DNA of 64,000 nt, taken from NCBI RefSeq assembly GCF_006345805.1, contig NC_043000.1:126542001-126606000 (forward strand). Reading direction: 5' to 3'. A program made the translations under genes and the position numbers. The notes below the pieces were generated by a model. It worked only from the letters and a program-made list of their open reading frames with translations, had not been told where the DNA came from and ran no database searches. This stretch comes from Octopus sinensis (Eukaryota). Positions 63,193 to 64,000 of the stretch are shown in pieces (within the stretch, counting starts at the first letter, position 1; each line of letters starts with the position of its first letter).

Positions 63193-63280
63193 CTGTATTG
63201 CAAGCCTTGATGTAAGATAATATAGATAACGTAACAAGTAAAGCACAAAGTAAATCTGCACGTCCAACAACACCAGCAAC
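63193..63280 (-). CDS. TMTC4: TMTC4 exon (1st in window): [29 protein letters not shown](G)
   Basis: ttccag acceptor, GTAAGT donor, 88 nt, ends phase 1. Confidence 0.95.
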
Positions 63281-63857
63281 CTGGAATAGAATAAATAACA
63301 CTGGCAGGTTGATGGAGGCCTCAAAGAATTTCTATTTGAATGAAAAATCACTGCATATATGCACCGTTATGAAATTTTGGCTCTAGTTATATAGATAAAA
63401 TCTGAAAAGCCATATTAATGTTTGTATAGTTTCAAATAATCTAATAGGAAAATGATATGGTAACCATTGGCACCATCAGCCTTATATGTAATTCAATCTA
63501 TTTTTCTTATATAAACTACTGTCCACATTAAATATATATGAGAAAATATTTATAGCATTGCTCTAAACTAACTTAAGGATCTTAACCAATGGATCACAAT
63601 TTTAACGTAATTGAGTTTTATTTAACTTTGGATGAAAGATTTTGAAATTGCATTTTTGAGCAAAGCTAGAAATAAATTGTTATATAAAATCAGTTTATTC
63701 ATATGCTCTGCAATGTGTTTATATAATATAAGTATTCACAGATTGTTAAATTGGTTTTGCCATAGCTGTCCCTATTTGCAGTCATCTCCTTTCTTACTCC
63801 ATCTTTATTCTTTTCTCCGTGAAATTATTATATTATTGTTGCAACAATGATATGGTT

Positions 63858-64000
63858 AAGTACAGGAGTGGCTGTGTATGGTTAAGATGCTTACTTCCTA
63901 ACCATGCGGTCTTGGGTTCAGTCCCACTGTGTGGCACTTTGGGCAAGTGTCTTCTACTATAGACCCAGGATGACTAAAGCTTTGTGAGTGGAATTAGCAA
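63858..64000 (+). mobile_element. SINE family A head (runs off window)
   Basis: aggagtggctgtgt...cactttgggcaagtgtcttctactatag. Confidence 0.8.

Larger units (their letters stand above)
8272..63280 (-). other. TMTC4: TMTC4-like gene span (partial, 5' exons outside window); 14 coding exons, 575 aa recovered
   Basis: Spliced translation matches TMTC4 motifs recalled from the human protein in order: [108 protein letters not shown]. All junction phases are compatible. Confidence 0.95.

Noticed and set aside
62902-63351. His-rich 149-aa ORF (possible metal-binding protein)
   Set aside because: Translation of a (GAT)n retrotransposon tail overlapping TMTC4 exon 1 in another frame.

Overview
AT-rich, repeat-dense animal genomic DNA. 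The SINE/RTE repeat families and the microsatellite load look like an octopus (coleoid cephalopod) genome; this is recognition from memory, not a database result. The main feature is a TMTC4 ortholog on the minus strand (O-mannosyltransferase with DUF1736 and TPR repeats). I reconstructed 14 coding exons from 63280 to 8272, all with GT..AG sites and matching phases, giving 1728 nt = 575 aa plus stop; the N-terminal exons lie beyond the window. A second, convergent plus-strand gene that the ORF track misses ends here, with exons 1242-1374 and 4059-4156 (CUB-like segment followed by a GPI-anchor-like tail). Introns carry at least four tRNA-derived SINE families, RTE and CR1 LINE 3' fragments, a BovB-like RTE piece nested in a SINE, piggyBac/Tc2/mariner/Helitron remnants, a 593-bp Merlin-like foldback with an 8-bp TSD, two 5S rRNA pseudogenes and a perfect 57-bp-arm hairpin. 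Most short ORFs in the track are repeat or microsatellite artefacts. Exon coordinates were counted by hand. Repeat boundaries are approximate (about +/-15 bp) unless a TSD is quoted.
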